Shown: in pieces, positions 29,107 through 38,110 of the stretch | Layout: each line of letters begins with the position of its first letter | Position numbering within the stretch: position 1 is the stretch's first letter | Virus record (IMG/VR): IMGVR_UViG_3300025405_000013 | Coordinates: 6,339-70,338 of that record | Source of the DNA: a virus | Length of the DNA: 64,000 bases | Reading direction: 5' to 3' (one strand) | Notes under the pieces: model-generated | What the model was told of the DNA's origin: nothing | Databases searched by the model: none | What the model saw: the letters and a program-made list of their open reading frames with translations, nothing else | Program-made: the position numbers and the translations under genes

Positions 29107-29369
29107 TGTTAGGTAATAGAGGGTACTACAGTCCTAATGCAAAAGTATATGAAGGCTATAAAGGCATACGTGAACTAAAGAACTATATACTAAGCATAGT
29201 TCTTGTTGAGGGTGCAAAAGTTCAACCGTCACTATCAGTTAATAATTATGCCCTAGACAATAATGAAAATATTGATGATGTAGGCAACTATACAGCAAAT
29301 AATGATCAGAATGAGCTTGACTACGCTGAACCCGACTACCAGTCTGGAGAAGACGTAGTTCCCTTCTAA
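29106..29369 (+). CDS. Hypothetical protein
   Basis: 87-aa ORF, TAATG coupling. Confidence 0.5.
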   Translation: MLGNRGYYSPNAKVYEGYKGIRELKNYILSIVLVEGAKVQPSLSVNNYALDNNENIDDVGNYTANNDQNELDYAEPDYQSGEDVVPF

Positions 29370-29392
29370 TGTAAAACTGCCTTGTTATTAAC
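29370..29392 (+). promoter_or_regulatory. Putative late promoter TGTAA-N13-TTAAC
   Basis: Intergenic copy of the repeated motif. Confidence 0.55.
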
Positions 29393-29419
29393 GTAGATAG
29401 TAGACATCAAGGAGATAGT

Positions 29420-29974
29420 ATGACTACACCTATTGACCACCGCCAAGCAGAAGTCGCATGGGCCAACTGGGCCGTTGCCAACCACCAACACTTTAATTAC
29501 TCCGAAGGCAGTGACCGTATGTCTGCTGTCGGTGTTTGGCCCATCAAGTTTCCAGTCAACACCGACTGCTCTGGATCGGTCACACTCTACGCCTGGTGGG
29601 CAAATGGCAATGACCCGAACGGACTGGGCTTTGACCACGAGGGCTACAGTGGTACATTTTTAACCCATGAGGAGCACATTCCTCTATTGACTAAGACTTT
29701 GAAGAATATCACCATCGATGAGATTGAGGTTGGTGACCACGTAGTTTATGGTGCAGGCACAGGCGAACATGTAGCAATTATCGTGGAAATCTACGGTACC
29801 GACGTACTTACAGTCAGCCACGGTCAGCAAGGCGGTCCCGGCTACTGCTGGGTTAATCCCCCGAAGGTTGCCCCTTCGCGTGGCTACCCTTCAGATGGCC
29901 GTACACCCCAGACATACTTGCGCAACGTCACCAACAACAACAAGCCTGTTCGTCTTCCTCCGACCACTAAGTAG
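29420..29974 (+). CDS. NlpC/P60-family peptidoglycan hydrolase (candidate endolysin)
   Basis: TDCSG catalytic Cys, GDHVVYG, EHVAI His, SHG; AAGGAG RBS. Confidence 0.75.
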   Translation: MTTPIDHRQAEVAWANWAVANHQHFNYSEGSDRMSAVGVWPIKFPVNTDCSGSVTLYAWWANGNDPNGLGFDHEGYSGTFLTHEEHIPLLTKTLKNITIDEIEVGDHVVYGAGTGEHVAIIVEIYGTDVLTVSHGQQGGPGYCWVNPPKVAPSRGYPSDGRTPQTYLRNVTNNNKPVRLPPTTK

Positions 29975-29979
29975 GATAA

Positions 29980-30915
29980 ATGTCCACACGTTCTCGTGTC
30001 AATTTTTCTGCTGGTGTAGCTAGTGGTATAAGTTCTACCAGTCAAACTGTTATTAGTGGTACCACTTGGCCCGTACCTTCTGGCGGTTATACCGGCAGTA
30101 ACTATGTTCCGGTTGTTCTTAACCCCGGCTATTTTGGTGCCAGTAACCAACAAGAGATCATTTACATCACCAATGTAGTTAGTAGTGGTGGTGGTACCAA
30201 TAATGTTGCCACTGTTACTCGTAATCAAGAGGGCTCTCCCACTACTGTTACCGGGACTACAGTCAACTGGGTGGCTGGTCCACTAGTTGCTGACTTTGAT
30301 GTAAGTAACCTTACCAGTACGGGAACTCTAACACTCAATAATGGATTGATCTCCAGTACCATTAGTGGGTCTGCAGTATTTGCTACCTATACTGTTAGTG
30401 GACAAAATATCATTGCTGGACAAAATGCCAGTGTTGGAAGTCTAGCTGTTAGTGGTAGTACTACCATTGGTGGTACCACTAGCATCAGTGGTAACCTTGT
30501 AGTAACCAGTGGAGTAACCGTTACTGGAACTACCACTACTGGTGGGCTACTAGTAACTGGTAATATTACCACCGGCTATGGAAACTACCAGCAGGGTTAT
30601 GTGCCTGGAATTCTTGTAGCTAACCTAGCTTATGGATCAGTCCCCGCTAGTCCAAACTGGTTACTATGTTCTTTTAGTACTGTTATTAATCCGAGTGGTT
30701 CAGCCAATACCTTTATAACCTTCCCCACTGCCGTCTATAATGTAGTAACAGCTGCCTATGGCTATCCGGTTATTAATATTGGCTCAGCAAGTGATGCAGT
30801 TGTTGCAGAGGCGAATAGCTATCAATTTAATGGATTCTACTGCAACTTCTACAATAGTAGTGGCGGTTATTTTAGTGGTAGTATTAGAGTTGATGTAATG
30901 GTATTGGTTTGCTAA
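29980..30915 (+). CDS. Virion fibre/collar protein
   Basis: N-terminal EIIYIT...VTRNQEGS module, then SG-rich beta repeats. Confidence 0.7.
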   Translation: MSTRSRVNFSAGVASGISSTSQTVISGTTWPVPSGGYTGSNYVPVVLNPGYFGASNQQEIIYITNVVSSGGGTNNVATVTRNQEGSPTTVTGTTVNWVAGPLVADFDVSNLTSTGTLTLNNGLISSTISGSAVFATYTVSGQNIIAGQNASVGSLAVSGSTTIGGTTSISGNLVVTSGVTVTGTTTTGGLLVTGNITTGYGNYQQGYVPGILVANLAYGSVPASPNWLLCSFSTVINPSGSANTFITFPTAVYNVVTAAYGYPVINIGSASDAVVAEANSYQFNGFYCNFYNSSGGYFSGSIRVDVMVLVC

Positions 30916-31779
30916 ATGCGAGTAAGACCCATCCCCCAATACGCTGTTGAACCTCTAGGAATTACAACATATATTAGTGGTACCCTTGCTGACCCAGACA
31001 ATCAATTTGTATGGCTGAGTATAGTTAACTCTGATAACGGTACAGTAGTCCTTGCTTCTGGACAAGCAACCTGGGAGAGTGTAGGCACTTATCAGTATAG
31101 TACCAACTCTAGCCAGACTGCAATTCAAGGCAACTATGATGCAACCTGGAACTATACAATTAATGGTAGTCCGAGAACTTATGTAGATAGCTTTATAGTT
31201 ACTGAGCAAATGCCCTATTGGAGCAATCTAACTCAAGAAGAAAGACAGATTGCTGCCGGTATTGTTCACCGACTAGACCGTAGTTTTGACTCTACAGCCG
31301 GTGGACCCTACCTCCAGGAAATGCAACAAAGCGGCTTTAATATGTACGAAGATGTTGCTTTTATTATGAGTACAGAAGCCATCGACTATATTAACTACGA
31401 GTTCCAACCGGTCTTTAGTCCGGCTTATGAAATTGGTCAAAATGCCAATGTTTACTTCCCCAGTAACTACTATGGGGTTTTGGCCACTCAAACTTACGCT
31501 CATTTCTTAAAGCATATTGCCAGACAGTATATTGAGCAACCGACTCCGGCCAATATAACTGCTGCCTGGATGGACCGTAGAGATTACTATAATCGTTGGT
31601 GGCAACTCTATACTTTCGAGAAAGAAATTGCAGACAAGCAACTTCGCCAGATGAAGCGTTGGTTTATGGTCGGTTCCAAGAGAAGCCTTTTGGTTGCTGG
31701 TGGTCTCATCCCTCGAATGTTTGTTAATCCTGCCCGTCCTCACTTCCAGTATGCTGCTGTCAATATGGGTGGTATGTAG
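30916..31779 (+). CDS. Head-tail adaptor/neck protein
   Basis: Position before tail genes; Ig-like N-terminus and helical C-terminus with MDRRDYYNRW. Confidence 0.6.
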   Translation: MRVRPIPQYAVEPLGITTYISGTLADPDNQFVWLSIVNSDNGTVVLASGQATWESVGTYQYSTNSSQTAIQGNYDATWNYTINGSPRTYVDSFIVTEQMPYWSNLTQEERQIAAGIVHRLDRSFDSTAGGPYLQEMQQSGFNMYEDVAFIMSTEAIDYINYEFQPVFSPAYEIGQNANVYFPSNYYGVLATQTYAHFLKHIARQYIEQPTPANITAAWMDRRDYYNRWWQLYTFEKEIADKQLRQMKRWFMVGSKRSLLVAGGLIPRMFVNPARPHFQYAAVNMGGM

Positions 31780-32582
31780 TGACATGGATAAACCCCAATC
31801 CCTACTACGAAAATCCAGACCCCAGTCCGTTTAGTCCACTAAACCCTCAGCCCGAGTCTGAAGTTCCAGCAAATCCTCCATCTACCACTCTACCCGTACA
31901 GACCACTTCTCCTCTCTTAGTAGTCAAGCAAAGAGATGTTTTTGCAGAAGTAAATCAGCAAAGATTCCATAATGAAACTCTGCAATGGTACGGAGAAGAG
32001 TGTATTGTACGATTAATTTGGCGTGCGGAAGATGCTGCTGCTGGTCTAGTCACTTATTGTCAAGAGTGTCAAGATAGCCCCAACCCCACTGATCCGGATA
32101 CTAGTATCCAGTCACGAGTTAGTAAGGTATATCGTCAAACCGGTAATAGCTATTGCCCCACCTGCTACGGGACCACTTTTACCGGTGGTTTCCAGCCGGT
32201 AGTCTACCATGTTTATATGCTGGCTAGTGATACTACTGACAATCGACAAAACCTAACTACCGGTCAGTTTTGGAAGCAAAACCCTAGTGTACAGTTCTCT
32301 TGGTTTCCACAGATAAGAACTGGAGATCTAGTGGCTCGAGTAGAAGGTTGGAACAGAAATACTCCTACTAGTATCTCCGAGATCTTCCAGGTTAGTACAG
32401 TTGCTCCACAAACTATTAGAACCGGGCCTGGCCCTAGCGCCACTTATCCGAATAGAGTAGGTCCCCAAATTTTTCCGGGATCAGCATCCTCACTACCGAA
32501 TAATACCAAGATCATTAGTCAAACAGCCACTCTAGAAAATCTATGGCCTAGCCATCCCTACTACTCGGTGCCACTAGTATGA
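31779..32582 (+). CDS. Neck/head-closure protein with zinc finger
   Basis: CQEC...CPTCYGTTFTGGF and IRTGDLV motifs; position. Confidence 0.6.
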   Translation: MTWINPNPYYENPDPSPFSPLNPQPESEVPANPPSTTLPVQTTSPLLVVKQRDVFAEVNQQRFHNETLQWYGEECIVRLIWRAEDAAAGLVTYCQECQDSPNPTDPDTSIQSRVSKVYRQTGNSYCPTCYGTTFTGGFQPVVYHVYMLASDTTDNRQNLTTGQFWKQNPSVQFSWFPQIRTGDLVARVEGWNRNTPTSISEIFQVSTVAPQTIRTGPGPSATYPNRVGPQIFPGSASSLPNNTKIISQTATLENLWPSHPYYSVPLV

Positions 32583-33073
32583 GACTTCCCTCCAGTGAAA
32601 CCTATAAGATCTCTAGAAATGCTATGCAATGGCTGCAACTTCTAGCGCCTAAAAAGACCGGTCGTGGTCTTTCTCAGTTAAGTCCAGTATCAGAAGAAGG
32701 CATGGTGGGGATTAATGTCCCCAACCGTGTATCCTATATGCTTTCTGAAGACGAAGGAACTCCAGCCTACAATATGAATAGTCTGGCCGGGAAGAATATC
32801 CCGATTCGTGGAGCAGACGGTAATATTGTTTTTAGAAGAGCTCAGCCTAGTGCTATTGGTCAGCAAAAGATAATTAGTAGAAAAAATAACGGAGAATTGA
32901 TCACTGAGAAGATACAGTGGCAACACCCGGCTGAAAAACCCAGGCAATTTATAGAGAAATCAATTGATCTAGCATTTAGAGAATGGAAGAGACAGCTTAC
33001 TACCAAGAGTGTAATTGCCATACTCAGACAGACTGAAGCTAAAGACGCTATGAGAGAACTATTCGGACGATAA
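32579..33073 (+). CDS. Tail completion / virion morphogenesis protein
   Basis: APKKTG...WQHPAEKPRQFIE motif; position. Confidence 0.55.
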   Translation: MRLPSSETYKISRNAMQWLQLLAPKKTGRGLSQLSPVSEEGMVGINVPNRVSYMLSEDEGTPAYNMNSLAGKNIPIRGADGNIVFRRAQPSAIGQQKIISRKNNGELITEKIQWQHPAEKPRQFIEKSIDLAFREWKRQLTTKSVIAILRQTEAKDAMRELFGR

Positions 33074-33076
33074 AAA

Positions 33077-33715
33077 ATGTTTCTTACAGCTACTAAAACT
33101 GCCATAGTAGAAGCCCTAGTATCAGGTTTTCAGCAACTGGCTAGTGGACCCTCAAATACTAGTCTAGACCTAGTACCCAATAGTATTACTATCGAGTATC
33201 CTTTACAGCAAGTGCTATGGCCTGCAATCTTTGTACAGTTTCGACCGGATAAGGTACAGTGGACCGGTCTAATGCCCGATCAGTATACTACTGCCGTTTC
33301 TGGTTCAGTAACCACTTCCCGGATGGGTTACTTTGAGGGCAGTGTAGACTTACAGATTATGGCCATGCACTCGGAGGAACGAGACAAGCTCTGGGACTCA
33401 GTGGTTAATCTAGTGCTAATGGGGGCAGGAAGTCCGGCTAGTACAGCATTCTATGACTCTATTGCCAATAATGATCTAGTATCCCTAACTTTCCTCCCTG
33501 ACACTGTAACTCCCCTTGGAGATACAGTAAGTCCTGGAACTCCTTTTAGTCCTGAAGAGCTCACTTATGAAGCCAGTGTTAGATTGCGCTGCATTGGAAC
33601 TTATTCTGAGAGCAAGTACAACTACCCGTCCATTGCTGTTGATGAAATTACAGTTAGTGGTACTCTAACTCTTATAAGTGGAGCCTACGTGTTCCATAAC
33701 CCGTATGCCAATTAA
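33077..33715 (+). CDS. Probable tail terminator/completion protein
   Basis: ITIEYP...PAIFV...IMAMHSEERD; immediately upstream of sheath. Confidence 0.55.
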   Translation: MFLTATKTAIVEALVSGFQQLASGPSNTSLDLVPNSITIEYPLQQVLWPAIFVQFRPDKVQWTGLMPDQYTTAVSGSVTTSRMGYFEGSVDLQIMAMHSEERDKLWDSVVNLVLMGAGSPASTAFYDSIANNDLVSLTFLPDTVTPLGDTVSPGTPFSPEELTYEASVRLRCIGTYSESKYNYPSIAVDEITVSGTLTLISGAYVFHNPYAN

Positions 33716-33719
33716 ACAT

Positions 33720-33742
33720 TGTAACTCTTTGCCAAACTTAAC
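33720..33742 (+). promoter_or_regulatory. Putative late promoter TGTAA-N13-TTAAC upstream of sheath
   Basis: Intergenic copy of the repeated motif. Confidence 0.55.
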
Positions 33743-33762
33743 ATTGTAACGAAGGAGAAGTT

Positions 33763-35304
33763 ATGCCCATCCCCAACTATTCGAATCCCGGTGTATACGT
33801 CACTCAAACCGGTAATTCCTATGTCACTCCTAGTACTGCAGCACTAAACCTTTGCATTGTAACTGACACTCTGGTTAGTGGAACTGGTTCTGACACTTTT
33901 AACACAACTGGTGCTAGTGGAGTAAACATCGGTGTACTAAGCAACCCTCTTGTTAACTCTGGTACAATTACCTGCTATCAGACTACTGCAACCGGTACTA
34001 CCTTTACTGCCATTACCGGTTTCCAGACACAGCGTTGTAACTCTGACGGTACTCTAAGTGCTAGTGGTATCTATACTCTAATTACCACTAGTGGTATTAC
34101 CGGTACTGGAACAGCCGTAGTTAGTGGCCAAGTGACCTTTAGTTACCAGCACAGCTTTGGTGGTAATGGTTCTTATGCCAACTATAATGCAGTCACTAGT
34201 GTCTTTGGGTCTGCTGTAAGTGGTACTACAGTCGTTTCTCCCGCCAGTCTAGCTGCTTATCTTGCCTACCAAAATGGTGCGAATAATGTCACCATTCTTC
34301 CTGTAGCTCGTGCTAGTAGTTACAATGGTGTTACAGTTACCGGTACTTCTGCCGCTGATGCTGACTGGCTACGTACCTTTACTACCAGTGGTACCGGTAC
34401 TGATGTTACTGTTCTATCCAATAAGAGTCCGGTTGATGTTATTGTCCCCACTTATGGCTTTACTGCTGCAAGTGGTGTACAGATCGCTACTGCAACTGTT
34501 CCTTCCGGTATTACCAACTACCTTGCCGCTCAAGCCAATAACGGTGTTTACCAGAGAGTCTTCGCCGGTATTGACGGTACCAGTGGACTTACCCCGGCTA
34601 GTGGAGTAGTTAACCTTGCCAGTGGGTGGAGCAACTCTAGAATTAGTCTGGTCTACCCGGGTGTATTTAGTTATAACCCCGGTCTAAATACCACCACTCA
34701 GCTTACCACTACGGTTATTAATGTTGCCGGTTACTATGGAGCTGCTGCTGTAGCCGGTCAATTTGTCGGTAGTCCTACAGTTGCTACTCCGATTACCAAC
34801 AACCAAGTATTCGGCTTTACCGGTGTACCTAATCAGATTAGCCAGGTTGACTCCACTAACATCTACCAGACTAATGGTCTTCTAGTCATTAGACAGCGTA
34901 GAGACGGTAACCTATATATTCAGCACGGTCTTACCACTAATGTCAGTAACTGGCTAACCCAAGAGGTTTCCATTAGTGCCATTGGTGACTACTTGGCTAA
35001 TGCAGTCACTAACGCTCTAAATAATGGTCAAGTGGTCGGTGGTCCTCTAAATCTCTACACCTTTGCTGGTACTCAAAGTATTGTTGTAGGCGTACTAAAT
35101 AATGCACTCTCCAATGGAATTATCCAGGGCTTCCAAAACCTAGCTGTTACCAATAGTCCTAGTGCTCCAACCACTCTGAATATTACCTTCCAGTACTCAC
35201 CGACCTTCCCGTTGAACTACATTAATGTGGTAATGAGCTTGAACGCTAGTACCGGTGTACTTAGCACTTCCAATAGCTTGACTTCCAACGTTACTACTGC
35301 CTAG
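33763..35304 (+). CDS. Tail sheath protein
   Basis: N-terminal YSNPGVYV, RISLVYP, HGLTT, C-terminal YSPTFPLNYINV. Confidence 0.88.
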   Translation: MPIPNYSNPGVYVTQTGNSYVTPSTAALNLCIVTDTLVSGTGSDTFNTTGASGVNIGVLSNPLVNSGTITCYQTTATGTTFTAITGFQTQRCNSDGTLSASGIYTLITTSGITGTGTAVVSGQVTFSYQHSFGGNGSYANYNAVTSVFGSAVSGTTVVSPASLAAYLAYQNGANNVTILPVARASSYNGVTVTGTSAADADWLRTFTTSGTGTDVTVLSNKSPVDVIVPTYGFTAASGVQIATATVPSGITNYLAAQANNGVYQRVFAGIDGTSGLTPASGVVNLASGWSNSRISLVYPGVFSYNPGLNTTTQLTTTVINVAGYYGAAAVAGQFVGSPTVATPITNNQVFGFTGVPNQISQVDSTNIYQTNGLLVIRQRRDGNLYIQHGLTTNVSNWLTQEVSISAIGDYLANAVTNALNNGQVVGGPLNLYTFAGTQSIVVGVLNNALSNGIIQGFQNLAVTNSPSAPTTLNITFQYSPTFPLNYINVVMSLNASTGVLSTSNSLTSNVTTA

Positions 35305-35312
35305 GAGACTAA

Positions 35313-35816
35313 ATGGCTAACAAACCACAATCAATTTTTCGCGTAGGTGGAGGTTATACTACCTTCAAGTACAACAATAACGTCTTGGCTTACTGCCAGA
35401 TGATTCGTGAAACTGCTCCTCAGCCAGTTGCACAGCCTACGCCCGTACAACCCCTAAACTCATCCTACCCGATTGAGATCGCTCTACCGAATGCATTGAG
35501 TGCTGGTACTCTAGAACTTACTTTCTACGAAACTTGGATTACTGAAGTCTGGGCTGAGCTAGCCTTGGGTGATGTTAATAGTCCATACTATAAGGCCGGA
35601 GACCTATTGGCAGTTTATCAAGCCCAACTGTCTAAGGGTGCAGTCAGTTGCAGTAAGATTATTGCTGCTCCAGGTGGAGGTTCAAGAGTTATTACTTACA
35701 CTGGCTGTACAGTTACCAATGTTACGATCGATGAAATGATTCAGATCGGAACAATGACCATTCCCAAGTCCATCACCTTGATGTACCTCTCAAGAAGTGA
35801 AAACGTATTCTCCTAG
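35313..35816 (+). CDS. Tail tube protein
   Basis: 167 aa directly after sheath; PVQPL..YPIEI, GTLELTFYETW, YTGC. Confidence 0.8.
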   Translation: MANKPQSIFRVGGGYTTFKYNNNVLAYCQMIRETAPQPVAQPTPVQPLNSSYPIEIALPNALSAGTLELTFYETWITEVWAELALGDVNSPYYKAGDLLAVYQAQLSKGAVSCSKIIAAPGGGSRVITYTGCTVTNVTIDEMIQIGTMTIPKSITLMYLSRSENVFS

Positions 35817-35833
35817 AAAGGAAATGAATTAAA

Positions 35834-37084
35834 ATGCCAGCTCGTTCATTTATTGTACAGCTCCAACCCGGGATCGGCCAGGCCGTACTTCCAGACCACC
35901 GCAAGATGGTTCCTGGTATCCAGTACGTAGTTGACGCCGAAACCTTCTCCAAGATTTCAGTTGGTGCTCGTCAAAGTGTTATCCAGGTTGTCAGTGTCAA
36001 CACTGATGCCACTACTTCTACCGGTGGTTATGTACCCGCTCAAACTTCAACTGGTGTTAATGCCCAGCTTAGTTTGCAGAGTATTCTCACTACTGTCAAT
36101 GCAACTACTACCTCCTACAGTCTAGCCGGTTTTGCCGGTCAAGGTTATGACGCTGGTGGAGAGACGGGTACTAACACCGGTGTCGGTCTTAGTGGTGTAA
36201 ACGGTAATGCTGCCAACCAGACTCTAACTGGTCCTGCCGGTGAGCGATACATGTACGTATATAACGGTACTAGTATTACCATTCCGGCTAATGCTCCCGT
36301 TGTTTGGTTTGACGAGAACAACCGTTACATTTCCCTTGGTAGTGCCGCCACTCTTCTCGTTAAGGTTGACGGTCAAGGTACTCCCTACATCGCTAGTACC
36401 AACACTACCCTTTCCGGTCTAACCTGGAACGGTGCCGGTAATGTTACTACAGTAGGCACCAAGCAGGGTAACTTTGCCGGTATTACTCTAGTGGCTATCC
36501 CGGCCGGTTACTTTGGTTGGATTCTGATCGAAGGTATTGCTCCTAGTGTAGCAGTAGCCAGTGGTACTACTATTGGCGCTACTGTTGGTGTAAACTCCTC
36601 CACTAACCTTGCCGGTGTACCTGCTAACACCACTACTAGTATTAGTGCTGCTGGTGTAGTTACCGGTAGTGCTCTGGCCAACAACATTATCGGTACTGTT
36701 CAAAGCACTCCTGCTGCTGCTAGTAACCCGGTTGTTGTTGGTACCGGTACTAACGGTATCGCCAGTATTAGTGGTTATGGTTCTACCATTAGTGGTTACA
36801 TCATTACTCTTAACAGTGGTAACGTCTTCCCGACTGGTACTACAATTGCCATTAGTGGTACTGGTACTGCTGCCTTTAACCAGAGTTACTTGGTTACCAG
36901 TGGTATCCTAGGTGTTAGCACTCTCCTGGCTAGTGGTGTAAGCAACAACACTACCAGTGGTACTGTTACCTTGAGTGGTAATACTACCATTAGTGGTAAT
37001 GGTGCTTTCTACTATGCACAGGTAGAAGTTCGTCGTGCTGACAAGGTCAAGAAGCCTTACGTACGAGTTTACAACAAGAACTAG
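35834..37084 (+). CDS. Abundant virion decoration/fibre protein (cement-like YMYV...AIPAGYFGWI segment)
   Basis: GAAAGG RBS, biased codons, SG-rich. Confidence 0.6.
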   Translation: MPARSFIVQLQPGIGQAVLPDHRKMVPGIQYVVDAETFSKISVGARQSVIQVVSVNTDATTSTGGYVPAQTSTGVNAQLSLQSILTTVNATTTSYSLAGFAGQGYDAGGETGTNTGVGLSGVNGNAANQTLTGPAGERYMYVYNGTSITIPANAPVVWFDENNRYISLGSAATLLVKVDGQGTPYIASTNTTLSGLTWNGAGNVTTVGTKQGNFAGITLVAIPAGYFGWILIEGIAPSVAVASGTTIGATVGVNSSTNLAGVPANTTTSISAAGVVTGSALANNIIGTVQSTPAAASNPVVVGTGTNGIASISGYGSTISGYIITLNSGNVFPTGTTIAISGTGTAAFNQSYLVTSGILGVSTLLASGVSNNTTSGTVTLSGNTTISGNGAFYYAQVEVRRADKVKKPYVRVYNKN

Positions 37085-37154
37085 TCCCTAGTACGACTAA
37101 TTAAGTATATATAATCAGATAGACCGTAGTGGTCCTTAACCTGAGAGAGTTAGT

Positions 37155-37682
37155 ATGATTTCTAAGAATAATGCTGGAACCTGGACGGAAGATCAAAATT
37201 CTGTCCAGGTTCCAGCCAAAGACACTAGTTTTCCAGAAGAGTGGAAGCAAGAGTTCGAAGGCCTTCTATACCTCGGTTATCTCGAGAAAGAAGTCACTCA
37301 TATTCCCTTCCACCATTTTGTAGTTAGAACACTTACAGTGAACGACAAGCTAGAAGTATCTCTTCTTACCAAACCGTTTGCTGAAACCCTGGGTTACGGT
37401 AGAGCTTATAAGTCTGCTGTTGTAGCCGCTGGTCTAGTAAGTGTAGATCATCAGAGTCTACTACCCACTCTCAAGACCGTTAATGGTGTTAGACAAAAGT
37501 ATGAATACGTAGTCAATAACTGGTATGATGCCGTAGTTGACGTTCTTTTCCAGGCTATTGATGATCTAGAGAACCAAGTGGTACTGGTTCTTGAAGCATT
37601 AAACATTATCGAACTTCCCAAGGCCTTTAGTGTCTTTGAAAAAGATAATGAGGAAACGGATAACCCAAAAGATACGAACTAG
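37155..37682 (+). CDS. Tail assembly chaperone (short form)
   Basis: Between tube and tape measure; ends AAC CCA AAA GAT ACG AAC TAG. Confidence 0.8.
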   Translation: MISKNNAGTWTEDQNSVQVPAKDTSFPEEWKQEFEGLLYLGYLEKEVTHIPFHHFVVRTLTVNDKLEVSLLTKPFAETLGYGRAYKSAVVAAGLVSVDHQSLLPTLKTVNGVRQKYEYVVNNWYDAVVDVLFQAIDDLENQVVLVLEALNIIELPKAFSVFEKDNEETDNPKDTN

Positions 37683-38110
37683 ATCCCTACGTAGTATTTC
37701 ATACTGAGTTGGCCTATGAAAGAGGCCTACTACAGAGTAAGGACCCTAGTGAAGTACAAGAAAAGCTTCTTAGAGTGTATGTCACTCGAAAAGCCGAACA
37801 AAAAATACAGATGGAAGAAACCAGATTTGAACAGGACTTGTTGATTAATCAACCGGAAATGTATCGAGAGTGGAAGAAGCATCAAGAAGAGAATAAAGAG
37901 AACGAAGACATCGTTTGGGGCTTCCCACAAAGCATTGAAGAAGCTCGTGAGATCGAAAAACTTATTGCTCAAATGGAGCAGCAGAGTGTACAGACTGCTA
38001 AAGCTCCAGACGAAGGTGTTGTAATAGTTGACACTCTGGGCAATAGACTCAATACCCTAGAAGCAATACCCGGACTAGACCTAGACCAACTTGGAGAGAC
38101 TGATGGCTGA
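37155..38110 (+). CDS. Tail assembly chaperone long form via -1 frameshift at C CCA AAA (37664-37670)
   Basis: The -1 frame is open from 37664 (RYELDPYVVFHTELAYERG...) and joins the 37709 ORF; established G/GT arrangement. Confidence 0.8.

Noticed and set aside
37709-38110. Independent gene starting at TTG 37709
   Set aside because: Better explained as the -1 frameshift extension of the tail chaperone, which is a known mechanism and not novel.
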